Source: a virus (taxonomy: Duplodnaviria; Caudoviricetes). From it: DNA of 53,867 bases. Below, piece after piece: positions 1 through 10,353 of this stretch (position 1 is the stretch's first letter; each line of letters opens with the position of its first letter). The notes under the pieces were generated by a model. That model worked only from the letters and a program-made list of their open reading frames with translations, was not told the DNA's origin and did no database searches. Location of the stretch: positions 1-53,867 of the IMG/VR virus record IMGVR_UViG_3300032265_000458; one strand, written 5' to 3'. The translations under genes and the position numbers were made by a program.

Positions 1-2058
1 GGTGGTGTCCTATTATATGGTGCAACAAATAAATTGTTCCAGTGGGCGTCTTCTACTGCAGCGTGGACTTCTTCAGAACATATTGCTTTAGCATCTGGTA
101 AAAACTTATTACTGAATGGTTCATCATCAGGAACTATTACAGTAACTGCAACTGCTATTGCTGGAACAAATACATTAACATTGCCAGCTACAACTGGTAC
201 TTTAGTTACTACTGGTGATACTGGTACAGTTACCAACACCATGTTAGCTGGTTCTATTGCTGTAAGTAAAATTACTGGTCTGGCTACTTCTGCTACAACT
301 GATACTACTAACGCATCAAACATCACTAGCGGTACATTACCAAATGCACGTTTAAGTGCTGTGCCAAATAGTGCGTTGGCAAACAGTTCTCTTACTGTTG
401 GTACAACTTCTATTGCGTTGGGTGCAGCTAGCACAACTCTTGCTGGTTTAACTTCTGTTACTTCTACAAGTTTTGTTGGCGCACTAACTGGTAACGCTTC
501 AACTGCAACTACTTTACAAACACCAAGAAATATTGCTGGTGTTGCTTTTGATGGTAGCGCAAACATTGCAATCCCAGTAGCTAACTTATCCGACGTAAGC
601 ATAACTACTCCAGCAAATAATCAATTATTGGTATATAACTCTACTACTGGTAAGTGGACAAATACTTCTGGTATTACTGGTCCAACTGGTCCAACTGGTC
701 CAACAGGATTAACTGGTCCAACTGGTCCAACTGGTGCGGTTGGTCCAACAGGTACTGCTGGTACTATTGCTGTTGGAACAGTAACAACAGGTGCTGCTGG
801 TACAAGCGTAACTGTTACAAATAGTGGAACTGTTAATGCTGCAACATTAAACTTTACAATTCCACAAGGTGCCACTGGCGCAACAGGTCCGACAGGTTCT
901 ACTGGTGCTGCAGGTGCAACAGGTGGTACTGGTCCAACAGGTCCAACTGGTCCTGCTGGTACTAACGGCTCTGCAGGTGCAACAGGTGGTACTGGTCCAA
1001 CAGGTCCAACTGGTCCTGCTGGTACTAACGGCTCTGCTGGTCCAACTGGTGCTCCTGGTCCAACAGGTGCTGCTAGTACCGTAGCTGGTCCAACTGGTGC
1101 TCCTGGTCCAACTGGATTAACAGGTCCAACTGGTCCTGCTGGTCCAACAGGTCCAACAGGTGCTGCTAGTACCGTAGCTGGTCCAACAGGTCCAACAGGT
1201 CCAACTGGTACTAACGGCTCTGCTGGTCCAACTGGTCCTGCTGGTACTAACGGCTCTGCTGGTCCAACTGGTCCGACAGGTCCAACAGGTCCAACTGGTC
1301 CGACTGGTGCTGCAGGTACTGGTGCTAATCAATCACTCAATACTAGTAACGCAGTATCTTTCGCTGGTGTTACATCTCCTTATTTTGCAGGAACTACAAC
1401 ATCAGGAACTCAATTAGCAGGAAGCTATGGTGGTTCTGGCAACTGGAATACTGACTTTTCAAACGTAACTGCAGAACGATATGCTTATGTTGGTGATATT
1501 CCTGGTGGTTCATATAATCCTGGTGGAACTTGGTGGTTCCAAGAAGATATGCGACACACCAATAGCTCAAACTTATGGGGAACTCAAATAGCTTGGGGTT
1601 GGGAAGATAACTATAACAGATTATGTCAGCGAAATATATCTGGTGGAACATGGACAGGTTGGGTTGAATATTTAAATACAGGTGGACGGACATTTAGTGG
1701 AAATTTAACAATATCAGGTGCATATACTGCATATTCAGATGAAAGATTAAAGAAAGACTGGTCAACTTTATCAACAAGTTTTGTTGATGAATTAGCATTA
1801 GTTAAATCAGGTACATATACTCGTATCGATACTGATGAACGACAAGTTGGTATATCTGCTCAAAGTTTACAGCTAATACTTCCAGAAGCAATTAAAGATG
1901 ATGGTGAATATCTATCAGTTAATTATGGAAACGCTGCAATGGTTGCTGCAGTAGAACTTGCTAAAGAAGTGGTAACATTAAAGAGTATAGTGGAATCTCA
2001 AAATTCTCGTATAGCTAATCTAGAGCTTATGTTATCAAAATTAATCGGAGACAAATAA
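1..2058 (+). CDS. Tail fibre protein with collagen-like (Gly-Pro-Thr) repeats and C-terminal peptidase S74 intramolecular chaperone domain; 5'-truncated
   Basis: Frame is open from base 1 ([15 protein letters not shown]...). Thr/Ser/Ala-rich fibre repeats, a long G-X-Y tract, and C-terminal YSDERLKK...GISAQ...VNYG...coiled coil typical of S74 chaperones. Confidence 0.85.
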   Translation, partial: GGVLLYGATNKLFQWASSTAAWTSSEHIALASGKNLLLNGSSSGTITVTATAIAGTNTLTLPATTGTLVTTGDTGTVTNTMLAGSIAVSKITGLATSATTDTTNASNITSGTLPNARLSAVPNSALANSSLTVGTTSIALGAASTTLAGLTSVTSTSFVGALTGNASTATTLQTPRNIAGVAFDGSANIAIPVANLSDVSITTPANNQLLVYNSTTGKWTNTSGITGPTGPTGPTGLTGPTGPTGAVGPTGTAGTIAVGTVTTGAAGTSVTVTNSGTVNAATLNFTIPQGATGATGPTGSTGAAGATGGTGPTGPTGPAGTNGSAGATGGTGPTGPTGPAGTNGSAGPTGAPGPTGAASTVAGPTGAPGPTGLTGPTGPAGPTGPTGAASTVAGPTGPTGPTGTNGSAGPTGPAGTNGSAGPTGPTGPTGPTGPTGAAGTGANQSLNTSNAVSFAGVTSPYFAGTTTSGTQLAGSYGGSGNWNTDFSNVTAERYAYVGDIPGGSYNPGGTWWFQEDMRHTNSSNLWGTQIAWGWEDNYNRLCQRNISGGTWTGWVEYLNTGGRTFSGNLTISGAYTAYSDERLKKDWSTLSTSFVDELALVKSGTYTRIDTDERQVGISAQSLQLILPEAIKDDGEYLSVNYGNAAMVAAVELAKEVVTLKSIVESQNSRIANLELMLSKLIGDK
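670..1325 (+). repeat. Collagen-like GGT-CCA-ACW tandem repeat region, including a perfect 63-bp tandem duplication (908-970 / 971-1033)
   Basis: Seen directly in sequence; the 63-bp unit encodes [21 protein letters not shown]. Confidence 0.95.
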
Positions 2059-2387
2059 TGTCAGAAATATCATTTACAATTGAACCTGCTAGTGTTAGTG
2101 TTGTTAGTAATAATAACATGGTTAATGTGGTTAAACAGATTACTTATGAGATAACTGGTGTTCTTGGTGATCGTAAATATTCTATTATGCAAAATGCGAT
2201 TATGCCAGACCCAACAGAAACTGGATTTATCGCCTTTGCAGATATATCTAAAGAAAATATGATTGCGTGGATTGAATCGCATGATACTAAGTTGACTGAT
2301 GCAAAATCTATTATTGAAACTGAACTAAACAAACCTGTATTAACACATAAAAGTTTACCTTGGGCAGCTGAATTAGAGGCGATTTAA
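2058..2387 (+). CDS. Hypothetical protein, probably tail-fibre associated
   Basis: TAATG coupling to the fibre gene; FIAFADISKENMIAWIE...LPW pattern seen in small fibre-adjacent phage proteins. Confidence 0.6.
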   Translation: MSEISFTIEPASVSVVSNNNMVNVVKQITYEITGVLGDRKYSIMQNAIMPDPTETGFIAFADISKENMIAWIESHDTKLTDAKSIIETELNKPVLTHKSLPWAAELEAI

Positions 2388-2441
2388 AGCTACTGTTAAA
2401 GGATATATAATAGACGGTAACTAAAAGGATAAGGATATATT

Positions 2442-3008
2442 ATGCGTGGTGAATGGGTTTATAATGAGAAGTTTTATACACCAGAAGTGTGTGATAAAAT
2501 TGTTGAATATGCGCTTAAAATTGAACCAGAAAAACCAACTCTTGGATTTGATGGTTCGGTAACTGATGATAGTTATCGAAGAAGTGCTATTCGTTGGATC
2601 CACCAGAACAATCCAGATTTACAGTTTTTGTTTAGAGATTATTGGGCATTTCTTATATCAATTAATAAAGATTGGTTTGGTTTTAATATTAACCAATTAC
2701 CATATTTGCAGTTTACTGAATATGATGCAGAGTACGAAGGTGAATATAAATCTCACCAAGATGTGTTTTGGATAAATGATTCACCAAACCATAGAAAAGT
2801 TACAATGATTATTCAGTTAAGCGATGAGAATACATATACTGGCGGAGATTTGATTTTAGAAAATTGTTCTGAAGCTCCACCAGAAAAGATTAGAAACCAA
2901 GGAACCGTAATTACGTTTCCGTCTTTCGTTTATCATAGATTAACTCCAGTAACATCTGGGAAACGATATAGTTTAGTTGGTTGGTTCGAAGGACCAAAAT
3001 TTACATAG
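2442..3008 (+). CDS. 2OG-Fe(II) oxygenase, prolyl-hydroxylase/PKHD-like
   Basis: HQD (HxD), YTGGDL, FPSFVYHRLTPVTSGKRYSLVGW motifs. Confidence 0.9.
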   Translation: MRGEWVYNEKFYTPEVCDKIVEYALKIEPEKPTLGFDGSVTDDSYRRSAIRWIHQNNPDLQFLFRDYWAFLISINKDWFGFNINQLPYLQFTEYDAEYEGEYKSHQDVFWINDSPNHRKVTMIIQLSDENTYTGGDLILENCSEAPPEKIRNQGTVITFPSFVYHRLTPVTSGKRYSLVGWFEGPKFT

Positions 3009-3017
3009 AGAGATAAA

Positions 3018-3758
3018 ATGGCTATTGTTAATTCAAGAGAAACTTTAAAACAATATGCTCTAAGAGCATTGGGTGCACCTGTGCTTGAGATCAACGTAGA
3101 TGATGATCAGTTAGAAGATCGTCTTGATGAATCTCTTGAATACTGGAGACAATATCACTATGATGGTATTGAAAGAATGTACATGAAACATCAAATTACA
3201 CAAGATGATATTGATAACAAATATATTCCTATCCCTGATTTAGTCTATGGCATAACACGTGTTATACCAGTTACAAATACAACATCATCTAAGAATCTAT
3301 TTGATTTACAGTATCAACTTCGTTTACACGATCTGTATGATTTGACTTCAGTGTCTATTGTTTATTTTAAAAACATAATGTCACATATCGCACTATTAGA
3401 CTTTGAATTAAATGGTCCGCAGAATTTTAGATTTAATCGCTTACAAAACAGATTGTATATTGATATCGATTGGACATGGGAAGTTACAGTAGGATCGTTT
3501 GTTGTAGTTGAATGCTATCGTGCTTTAGATCCAGATACTTTTACAAGAGTTTGGAATGAATCGTGGTTTAAAAAGTATACCACTGCATTGTTTAAACGTC
3601 AGTGGGCAATCAACATTAAAAAATTCTCTGGTATTCAACTTCCAGGTGGCGTAACTCTTGATGGCGATAAATTATATGATGAAGCCACTACAGAAATTGA
3701 TAAACTAGAAGATGATTTACAGAATAAATCGGCTCCATTAGAATTCTTCATGGGTTAA
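3018..3758 (+). CDS. gp13: Neck protein gp13
   Basis: LRALGAPVLEINVDDDQLEDR; KFSGIQLPGGVTLDG; synteny. Confidence 0.95.
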   Translation: MAIVNSRETLKQYALRALGAPVLEINVDDDQLEDRLDESLEYWRQYHYDGIERMYMKHQITQDDIDNKYIPIPDLVYGITRVIPVTNTTSSKNLFDLQYQLRLHDLYDLTSVSIVYFKNIMSHIALLDFELNGPQNFRFNRLQNRLYIDIDWTWEVTVGSFVVVECYRALDPDTFTRVWNESWFKKYTTALFKRQWAINIKKFSGIQLPGGVTLDGDKLYDEATTEIDKLEDDLQNKSAPLEFFMG

Positions 3759-3759
3759 C

Positions 3760-4755
3760 ATGACCACTACAAATGTTTATTTTTCTCACGGAACTAAGAA
3801 TGAGCAGTATCTTGTAGAAGATTTGATCATTGAATCGTTACGCATGTATGGTAATGAGGTAATGTATATTCCAAGAACATTAGTTTCTAAAGATGAAATT
3901 CTTGGAGAAGATCGTCTAAGTAAATTTACTTCATCATTTCCTATTGAGATGTATTTTGAAAACGTAGACTCTTTCGCTGGACAGGGTGCGTTTATTCAAA
4001 AGTTTGGTTTAATGATGGAACAGACTGCAACATTAGTTGTTGCACGTAGACGTTGGGAACAGTTCGTTGGTCGTTATGGAGTCACTACTATTCCCAATCG
4101 TCCATGCGAAGGAGATCTAATTTATTTTCCTTTAAGCAAAGGTTTATTTGAAATTAAATTCGTTGCTCACCAAGATCCATTCTATCAACTTGGTAAACTT
4201 TATGTTTATAAATTACAAGTAGAGTTGTTTCAATATTCTTCTGAGGCTATTGATACTGGTAATAAAGATATTGATGTATTTGAGTCGCTTAAGACTTTAA
4301 ATATAAATCCAACCAGAAATATTCATGGAGAAGTTGGAACTATTACTTTGACCAATCCAGGAATAAATTATACTTCAGCACCAACGATTACATTTATATC
4401 ATCTAGTGGTAGAGGTGCATCTGCCATAGCAACTGTTGCCAATGGTAGAGTAACTAATCTAACACTTACGTCAAGTGGTACAGGATATGCTACTGCTCCT
4501 GTATTATCTTTCACTGGCGGTGACGGAACTGCTGCAGAAGCTATATCAACTGTTATTATTAATAATGATAAAGCAGCGGATTCATTCGGCGATAATACTA
4601 AGTTTAAAACCGAAGCAGCTGGAATATTATTCAATGCAAATAACCCATTCGGTGAAGTTCAATCAATTCCAACACCAGTTGTTATTCCATCATATAATGT
4701 GGACTCAACTGCTACCACAACAGATTCAACAACAACTACAACGGACATAGTATAA
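3760..4755 (+). CDS. gp14: Neck protein gp14 with inserted GxGY-repeat domain
   Basis: EDLIIESLRMYG, YIPRTLV, PCEGDLIYFP, DPFYQLGK, NPFG; synteny. Confidence 0.93.
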   Translation: MTTTNVYFSHGTKNEQYLVEDLIIESLRMYGNEVMYIPRTLVSKDEILGEDRLSKFTSSFPIEMYFENVDSFAGQGAFIQKFGLMMEQTATLVVARRRWEQFVGRYGVTTIPNRPCEGDLIYFPLSKGLFEIKFVAHQDPFYQLGKLYVYKLQVELFQYSSEAIDTGNKDIDVFESLKTLNINPTRNIHGEVGTITLTNPGINYTSAPTITFISSSGRGASAIATVANGRVTNLTLTSSGTGYATAPVLSFTGGDGTAAEAISTVIINNDKAADSFGDNTKFKTEAAGILFNANNPFGEVQSIPTPVVIPSYNVDSTATTTDSTTTTTDIV

Positions 4756-5699
4756 TGGCAAAACAAACAATTCTTTTAGGTACAGGTGCTAATAGCGGAA
4801 CTGGTGATCCAATAAGAACAGCATTTACAAAAGTAAATAGTAATTTTACAGAACTATACAATTCAGTGGCAGCAATTCCTGCTGCTCAGGTTCCATCTGA
4901 TTGGAACGCTTCATCTGGTCTTTCTCAGATTTTAAATAAACCATCTATTCCTGCAGCTTATACGTTACCAACTGCAAGTACTACTGTTCTTGGTGGAGTT
5001 AAAGTTGATGGAACTACAGTTACAATTAATGGTAGCGGAGTGATTTGTGCGTTTGCCGATGCTAATACATTAAGTGGAACTACTTTAGCATCTAATGTTA
5101 CATTATCATCTCTTACTGCAGTTGGTGTATTGACAAACCTTAGTGTTACTAATCCTATTGCTGGTAGCGTTACTGGTAATGCTGGTACAGTGACCAATGG
5201 AGTTTATACAACGGGAAGTTATTCAAATCCTTCTTGGCTTACATCTTTATCTTACAGCAAGTTGCTTAGTGCTCCTACGTTAGCAACTGTTGCTACCACT
5301 GGTGCTTATGCTGATGTAACAGGTAAACCAACTACATTTACGCCACCTATCGCAACTACAGCTGCCATTGGAGGTGTTAGAGTTGATGGTACTAGTATTA
5401 CAGTTGATGTAACTGGGTTAATAGCTACACCTGCGTCTGGACACAATCACAATGCTACTAGTTTACAAGGAACTACTTTAGCAACTGGTGTTGTAAATTC
5501 TTCGCTAACTTCAGTTGGAACTTTAATATCGCTAAACGTAGCGGGACCCACTGTAGTTACCAATGGTATTTTTAGAATGCCAAGTTTCACAACAACAGCT
5601 AGAAATGCGTTGACTGCCGTAAATGGTGATGTTATTTACAATAGCACTTTAGGTAAATTCCAAGGTTTTGAAAATGGTGCGTGGGTTAATTTAATTTAA
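4755..5699 (+). CDS. Virion fibre-like structural protein with gp9/gp10-type N-terminal motif
   Basis: MAKQTILLG...GTGDPIRTAFTKVNSNFTELY N-terminus; internal duplications LGGVKVDG/IGGVRVDG and GTTLA..SSLT.VG.L. Confidence 0.65.
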   Translation: MAKQTILLGTGANSGTGDPIRTAFTKVNSNFTELYNSVAAIPAAQVPSDWNASSGLSQILNKPSIPAAYTLPTASTTVLGGVKVDGTTVTINGSGVICAFADANTLSGTTLASNVTLSSLTAVGVLTNLSVTNPIAGSVTGNAGTVTNGVYTTGSYSNPSWLTSLSYSKLLSAPTLATVATTGAYADVTGKPTTFTPPIATTAAIGGVRVDGTSITVDVTGLIATPASGHNHNATSLQGTTLATGVVNSSLTSVGTLISLNVAGPTVVTNGIFRMPSFTTTARNALTAVNGDVIYNSTLGKFQGFENGAWVNLI

Positions 5700-5700
5700 T

Positions 5701-6447
5701 ATGTTAAACAATCAAGTATTTTATCACGGTATAATTAGAAAAACTATCGTTGGGTTTGGTAGTTTGTTCAGCAACATTTATATCGATCGAAATCAAGGTG
5801 ATTCTGTAACTGGTACAACTATACAAAGAGTTCAAGTTCCACTGGCATATGCTCCAAAAGAAAAATGGTTAGTTCGTTTGGACTCAGATCCAAATTTAGA
5901 AAATAATACCTATGTAACTCTACCAAGAATGTCTTTTGAGATTACTGGTTACACATACGATGCTTCTCGTAAAACTAATCGTATGTCTATGGTTACTGCT
6001 GGCACTGGAAGCATATCACAAAATAAAGTGTTTAGTCCAGTCCCTTATAATATCGATATATATTTGTATATACTTACGAAAACACAGGAAGATGGTCTTC
6101 AAATTTTAGAGCAGATTCTTCCAACTTTTACGCCTGAGTATACTCTTCAAATTAAACAAGTTGATGAGATGGGAATTACAACACCATGTCCAGTTATTTT
6201 AAATAGTGTAACTGTTCAAGATGATTATGATGGTGATTTTCAAACTCGTAGATTTGTTACACATACGATTAGTTTTACAATTAAAACTTCTATATTTGGT
6301 GCCACTACAAATCAAGGTGTTATTTCCAAGGTTGACGCCAATATTGGAAATAATGAAGATTTTAGTCACCCGAATCAAGTGTATAGCGCACAGGGTGATG
6401 TTACCAATGCAACAGTATCATCTGAGAATTGGTTAGATAACTTTTAA
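5701..6447 (+). CDS. gp15: Tail sheath stabiliser/terminator gp15
   Basis: FGSLFSNI, VPLAYAPKEK, TLPRMSFE, QILEQILPTFTP. Confidence 0.95.
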   Translation: MLNNQVFYHGIIRKTIVGFGSLFSNIYIDRNQGDSVTGTTIQRVQVPLAYAPKEKWLVRLDSDPNLENNTYVTLPRMSFEITGYTYDASRKTNRMSMVTAGTGSISQNKVFSPVPYNIDIYLYILTKTQEDGLQILEQILPTFTPEYTLQIKQVDEMGITTPCPVILNSVTVQDDYDGDFQTRRFVTHTISFTIKTSIFGATTNQGVISKVDANIGNNEDFSHPNQVYSAQGDVTNATVSSENWLDNF

Positions 6448-6449
6448 TT

Positions 6450-8030
6450 ATGGCACAAATTTATAATGCTAATTCCAATTTAAAAGCTGCTGGTGTTCAA
6501 GTTCAATTTACACCAGAGCAAGTTCAAGAGTATATAAAATGTTCTCAAGATTATATTTACTTTATTGAAACGTATTGTCAGATCGTTTCATTGGATCATG
6601 GTTTAATTCCATTTAAGTTATATGAATGTCAGAAGAAGAAATTAAAAGTTATCCACGAGAACCGTAAGGTTATCCTTATGGAAGGTCGTCAGCAAGGTAA
6701 GACGACTACGTCAGCAGCATATATTGTTTGGTATACCATATTCCAAGAAGCCAAAACTGTGGCGATCCTTGCTAACAAAGCAACTGCTGCAAGAGAAGTT
6801 TTAAATCGTTATCAGTTAATGTATGAACATTTACCAATGTGGTTGCAACAAGGTGTTGTCACTTGGAACAAAGGTGACGTAGAATTGGAAAACGGTAGTA
6901 AAATATTTACTTCTGCCACTACTCAATCTGGTATTCGTGGTAAGTCTGTTAACTTATTATACGTTGACGAAACTGCCATTATTCCAAATACAGTTGCTGA
7001 AGAATTCTTTACTTCAGTTTATCCGACTATTTCGGCTGGTGAAACAACAAAGATTCTTTTATCTTCAACACCATTGGGTTATAATCACTTCTGGAAATTC
7101 TGGAATGATGCTGAAAATAAAAGAAACGATTTCGTTCCATTGTTTATTCCTTATTGGGAAATTCCTGGACGTGATGCTGCTTGGGCAGAAACCCAAAGAA
7201 AAATGCTGGGTGAACTTAAATATAACCAAGAGGTTATTTGTAAATTCCTTGGATCAAGTCTTACACTTATTAATGCTGATGTTATTGCAAAGATGTCATT
7301 GGCAGTTCCAGTCTTTAGTAAAGATGGTTTAGACATTTATGATCATCCGCAAAAAGATAATACATATGTTATAGTTGCTGATACGGCACAGGGTGTTGGT
7401 GGAGATTACTCTGCTTTTACTATTGTTGATATTACTGAAGTTCCATATAAACTGGTCGGTAAATATAGAAGAAATGATATTAGTCCTCTTTTATATCCAA
7501 ACGTAATTCATCAAGTTGCTGTTAAATTTAACATGGCGTTTGTTTTAGTTGAAACTAATCATAGTGAGCAAGTTCCATATATTTTACACAATGAATTAGA
7601 GTATGAGAATCTAGTATTTGTACAAAGATCTACAGGGTTTCAAACAGTTACAGGTGGTTTCGGTGGAGGTAATACTCAATTAGGAGTAACTACTGATAAG
7701 AAAGTTAAAAGAACTGGTTGTCATAACTTTAAATCACTGGTCGAAGAAGGTAAGTTAATTATTCAGGATCCAGAAGTTATCTCTGAAATATCAACTTTTA
7801 TTGAAAAAACTGGAACTTATAAAGCTGATGATGGGTATAATGATGACTTAGTTATGTCGTTAGTCTTGTTTTCATGGCTAACTTCTACCAGTTATTTCAA
7901 AGACCTAAATAATGTTAACCTTAGACAAATAATGTATGACAAAAAGATCAAAGCTATTGAGGAAGAATTAACCCCATTTGGCTTTTTTGATAATGGAGAT
8001 ACCCGAGAACCCGAGCCATTGAATTTCTGA
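6450..8030 (+). CDS. gp17: Terminase large subunit
   Basis: Walker A GRQQGKTT, Walker B LLYVDE, SSTPLG, nuclease DTAQG and DDLVMS. Confidence 0.97.
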   Translation: MAQIYNANSNLKAAGVQVQFTPEQVQEYIKCSQDYIYFIETYCQIVSLDHGLIPFKLYECQKKKLKVIHENRKVILMEGRQQGKTTTSAAYIVWYTIFQEAKTVAILANKATAAREVLNRYQLMYEHLPMWLQQGVVTWNKGDVELENGSKIFTSATTQSGIRGKSVNLLYVDETAIIPNTVAEEFFTSVYPTISAGETTKILLSSTPLGYNHFWKFWNDAENKRNDFVPLFIPYWEIPGRDAAWAETQRKMLGELKYNQEVICKFLGSSLTLINADVIAKMSLAVPVFSKDGLDIYDHPQKDNTYVIVADTAQGVGGDYSAFTIVDITEVPYKLVGKYRRNDISPLLYPNVIHQVAVKFNMAFVLVETNHSEQVPYILHNELEYENLVFVQRSTGFQTVTGGFGGGNTQLGVTTDKKVKRTGCHNFKSLVEEGKLIIQDPEVISEISTFIEKTGTYKADDGYNDDLVMSLVLFSWLTSTSYFKDLNNVNLRQIMYDKKIKAIEEELTPFGFFDNGDTREPEPLNF

Positions 8031-8042
8031 AAGTGGGTTTTC

Positions 8043-8050
8043 AATAAATA
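8043..8050 (+). promoter_or_regulatory. T4-type late promoter (AATAAATA) for gp18
   Basis: One mismatch to TATAAATA; intergenic before gp18. Confidence 0.65.
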
Positions 8051-8131
8051 AATTAGTGCTTTCAAGTGCTCCTCGAAGCAAAACCTTTTGCTTTTAGCAA
8101 AACAGAATAACATGTAATAAGGAGAATTACA

Positions 8132-10318
8132 ATGCCTTTTCAACTTAGTCCAGGTGTTGCAGTTGTAGAAAAAGACTTCACATCGATCGTCCCAGCTGTT
8201 GCGTCATCTACTGGTGCTTTCGCTGGAACATTCCAATGGGGTCCAGTTCTTTCACCTGTAACCATCAACTCAGAGAACAATCTAGTCCAACGTTTCGGCA
8301 AACCAGTCGATGCCAATGCTCAATCGTTTTTCACAGCTGCAAACTTTTTAAATTATACCAACAATATGTTGGTGACACGTGTAGATACTGAAAACCATAG
8401 AAATGCGGTTTCCTCAACATCAGGATCTATTACAACTGCATCTATCAGTAACGCTGGTACTGGATATCGTGGCTTACCTACCGTGACGATTAGTGCACCA
8501 AATATTACTGGTGGTCTACTAGCAACAGCAACTGTTACACTATCTGGTGGTACTGTTACAGCTGCCACTGTTGCCAATGGTGGTACTAGTTACTCTACTG
8601 CAACTATTACTTTTAGTGCACCTCAAGTTTCTGGTGGTGTAACAGCTACTGGTACTGCAACTATCGCTAGTGGTGTTATTACTGGTATCGTTGTTGTAAA
8701 TGCTGGTTCTGGATATACAACTGCTCCAACCTTTACAATTACTTCGGCATCTGGAACTGGCGCAACTGCTGGTACGGTAACTGTTACTGGTTCAGTTATT
8801 AGTGGTATTGTTATGGGATTCCGTGGCACTGGTTATACTACTGTTCCAACTATTACTATTGGGACACCAGCAAGTACTGGTGGTACTGGTACTACTGCTA
8901 CTGCAACTGCAACTATCACTGTTGGTGGCGTATTAATTAGAAATATTGACGACTATCAAGCAAATTGGATTGATGGTGAAGGTGTTGTTGGTCAATTTGC
9001 TGCTAAGTATCCTGGAACTCTAGGCAATTCATTTACAGTTTCTACTTGCGATAGCGCAGCAGCTTTTGCTACTTGGGATTACATAGATTATTTTGATTCT
9101 GCTCCAGGTACTTCTTCATATGCAGCTAGCGTTTCTGGTGTTAATGATGAAATGCACGTTATCATTATTGACGACGATGGTCGTTGGACTGGTACTCCTG
9201 GTAGTGTTTTGGAAAAATTTGCTTATGTTTCTAAAGCATCTGATGGTACTAAATCTGATGGTACTAATAATTATTACAAAGATGTAATTAATTCTCGCTC
9301 ACAGTATGTATGGTGGACTGACCATCATGCATCAGGAACTAACTGGGGTGGTCCTGCAGCAAATAAAACTTATGCTCAAGTTGGTAACGTAACAATGCCA
9401 CTATCTGGTGGTGTAGATGATTTGAGCGCAACTGATGGACAATTAATGAATGCTTGGAATTTATATGCTGATGATCAAGCATATGACATCTCTTTACTAC
9501 CTATTGGTAAAGCAAGCCCAACAGTGGCAAACTATGTAATTGCTCTTGTAGAATCTCGCAAAGATTGTATCGCATTTATTTCTCCTGAAGATAAAACTAC
9601 TGGTGAAATTTTAATCAGTGGTCCAGGACAAGCAAGCGTTACTGATGATATTATTGCTTATCGCAATATGTTGAGTAGCAGTTCTTATGCTGTTCTTGAC
9701 TCTGGTTACAAATATCAATACGATCGTTACAACGACAAATATCGTTGGGTTCCATTCAATGGTGACGTTGCTGGTTTATGTGCTCGCACTGATTACACTA
9801 ACGATCCATGGTGGAGTCCAGGTGGTTTGAATCGTGGTCAAATCAAGAACTGCTTGAAGACTGCTACTCAATTACCTAAGACTGATCGTGACGATCTTTA
9901 CAAAGCTGGTATTAATCCTTGCGTAATGTTCCCAGGAGAAGGTACTATCTTGTTTGGAGATAAAACTCTACTAAGCAAGCCAAGCGCATTTGATCGCATT
10001 AACGTGCGTCGTTTGTTTATCGTTCTTGAAAAGGCGATTGCTACTGCTGCTAAATATCAATTGTTTGAATTCAACGATGGTTTCACTCGTGCTCAGTTTA
10101 AGAACTTAGTCGAGCCATTCCTACGTGACGTTCAAGGTCGTCGTGGTATCACTGACTTCGTTGTTAAGTGTGATGACTCTAATAACACTGGAGAAGTTAT
10201 AGATCGCAATGAATTTGTCGCAGACATCTTCATCAAGCCAGCTCGCTCTATTAACTTTATTACTCTTAACTTTGTTGCTGCTCGCTCTGGAATTAATTTC
10301 AGCGAGATCGGTGGCTAA
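8132..10318 (+). CDS. gp18: Tail sheath protein
   Basis: LSPGVAVVEKD, FQWGP, WWSPGGLNRG, FDRINVRRLF, FIKPARSINFI. Confidence 0.97.
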   Translation: MPFQLSPGVAVVEKDFTSIVPAVASSTGAFAGTFQWGPVLSPVTINSENNLVQRFGKPVDANAQSFFTAANFLNYTNNMLVTRVDTENHRNAVSSTSGSITTASISNAGTGYRGLPTVTISAPNITGGLLATATVTLSGGTVTAATVANGGTSYSTATITFSAPQVSGGVTATGTATIASGVITGIVVVNAGSGYTTAPTFTITSASGTGATAGTVTVTGSVISGIVMGFRGTGYTTVPTITIGTPASTGGTGTTATATATITVGGVLIRNIDDYQANWIDGEGVVGQFAAKYPGTLGNSFTVSTCDSAAAFATWDYIDYFDSAPGTSSYAASVSGVNDEMHVIIIDDDGRWTGTPGSVLEKFAYVSKASDGTKSDGTNNYYKDVINSRSQYVWWTDHHASGTNWGGPAANKTYAQVGNVTMPLSGGVDDLSATDGQLMNAWNLYADDQAYDISLLPIGKASPTVANYVIALVESRKDCIAFISPEDKTTGEILISGPGQASVTDDIIAYRNMLSSSSYAVLDSGYKYQYDRYNDKYRWVPFNGDVAGLCARTDYTNDPWWSPGGLNRGQIKNCLKTATQLPKTDRDDLYKAGINPCVMFPGEGTILFGDKTLLSKPSAFDRINVRRLFIVLEKAIATAAKYQLFEFNDGFTRAQFKNLVEPFLRDVQGRRGITDFVVKCDDSNNTGEVIDRNEFVADIFIKPARSINFITLNFVAARSGINFSEIGG

Positions 10319-10320
10319 GA

Positions 10321-10328
10321 GCTAAATA
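10321..10328 (+). promoter_or_regulatory. Late promoter (GCTAAATA) for gp19
   Basis: CTAAATA variant of the T4-like late promoter directly upstream of AGGAG and ATG. Confidence 0.6.
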
Positions 10329-10353
10329 GAGAAAAGAACAAGGAGAAATATAA

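Noticed and set aside
670-1325. Repeat array as a possible CRISPR or DGR
   Set aside because: In-frame 9-bp-period coding repeats without unique spacers; no reverse transcriptase or template repeat seen
3735-3758. gp13 C-terminus LEFFMG as a clamp-binding motif
   Set aside because: It matches the usual PxxFxxG end of gp13, a structural protein; the similarity is likely coincidental
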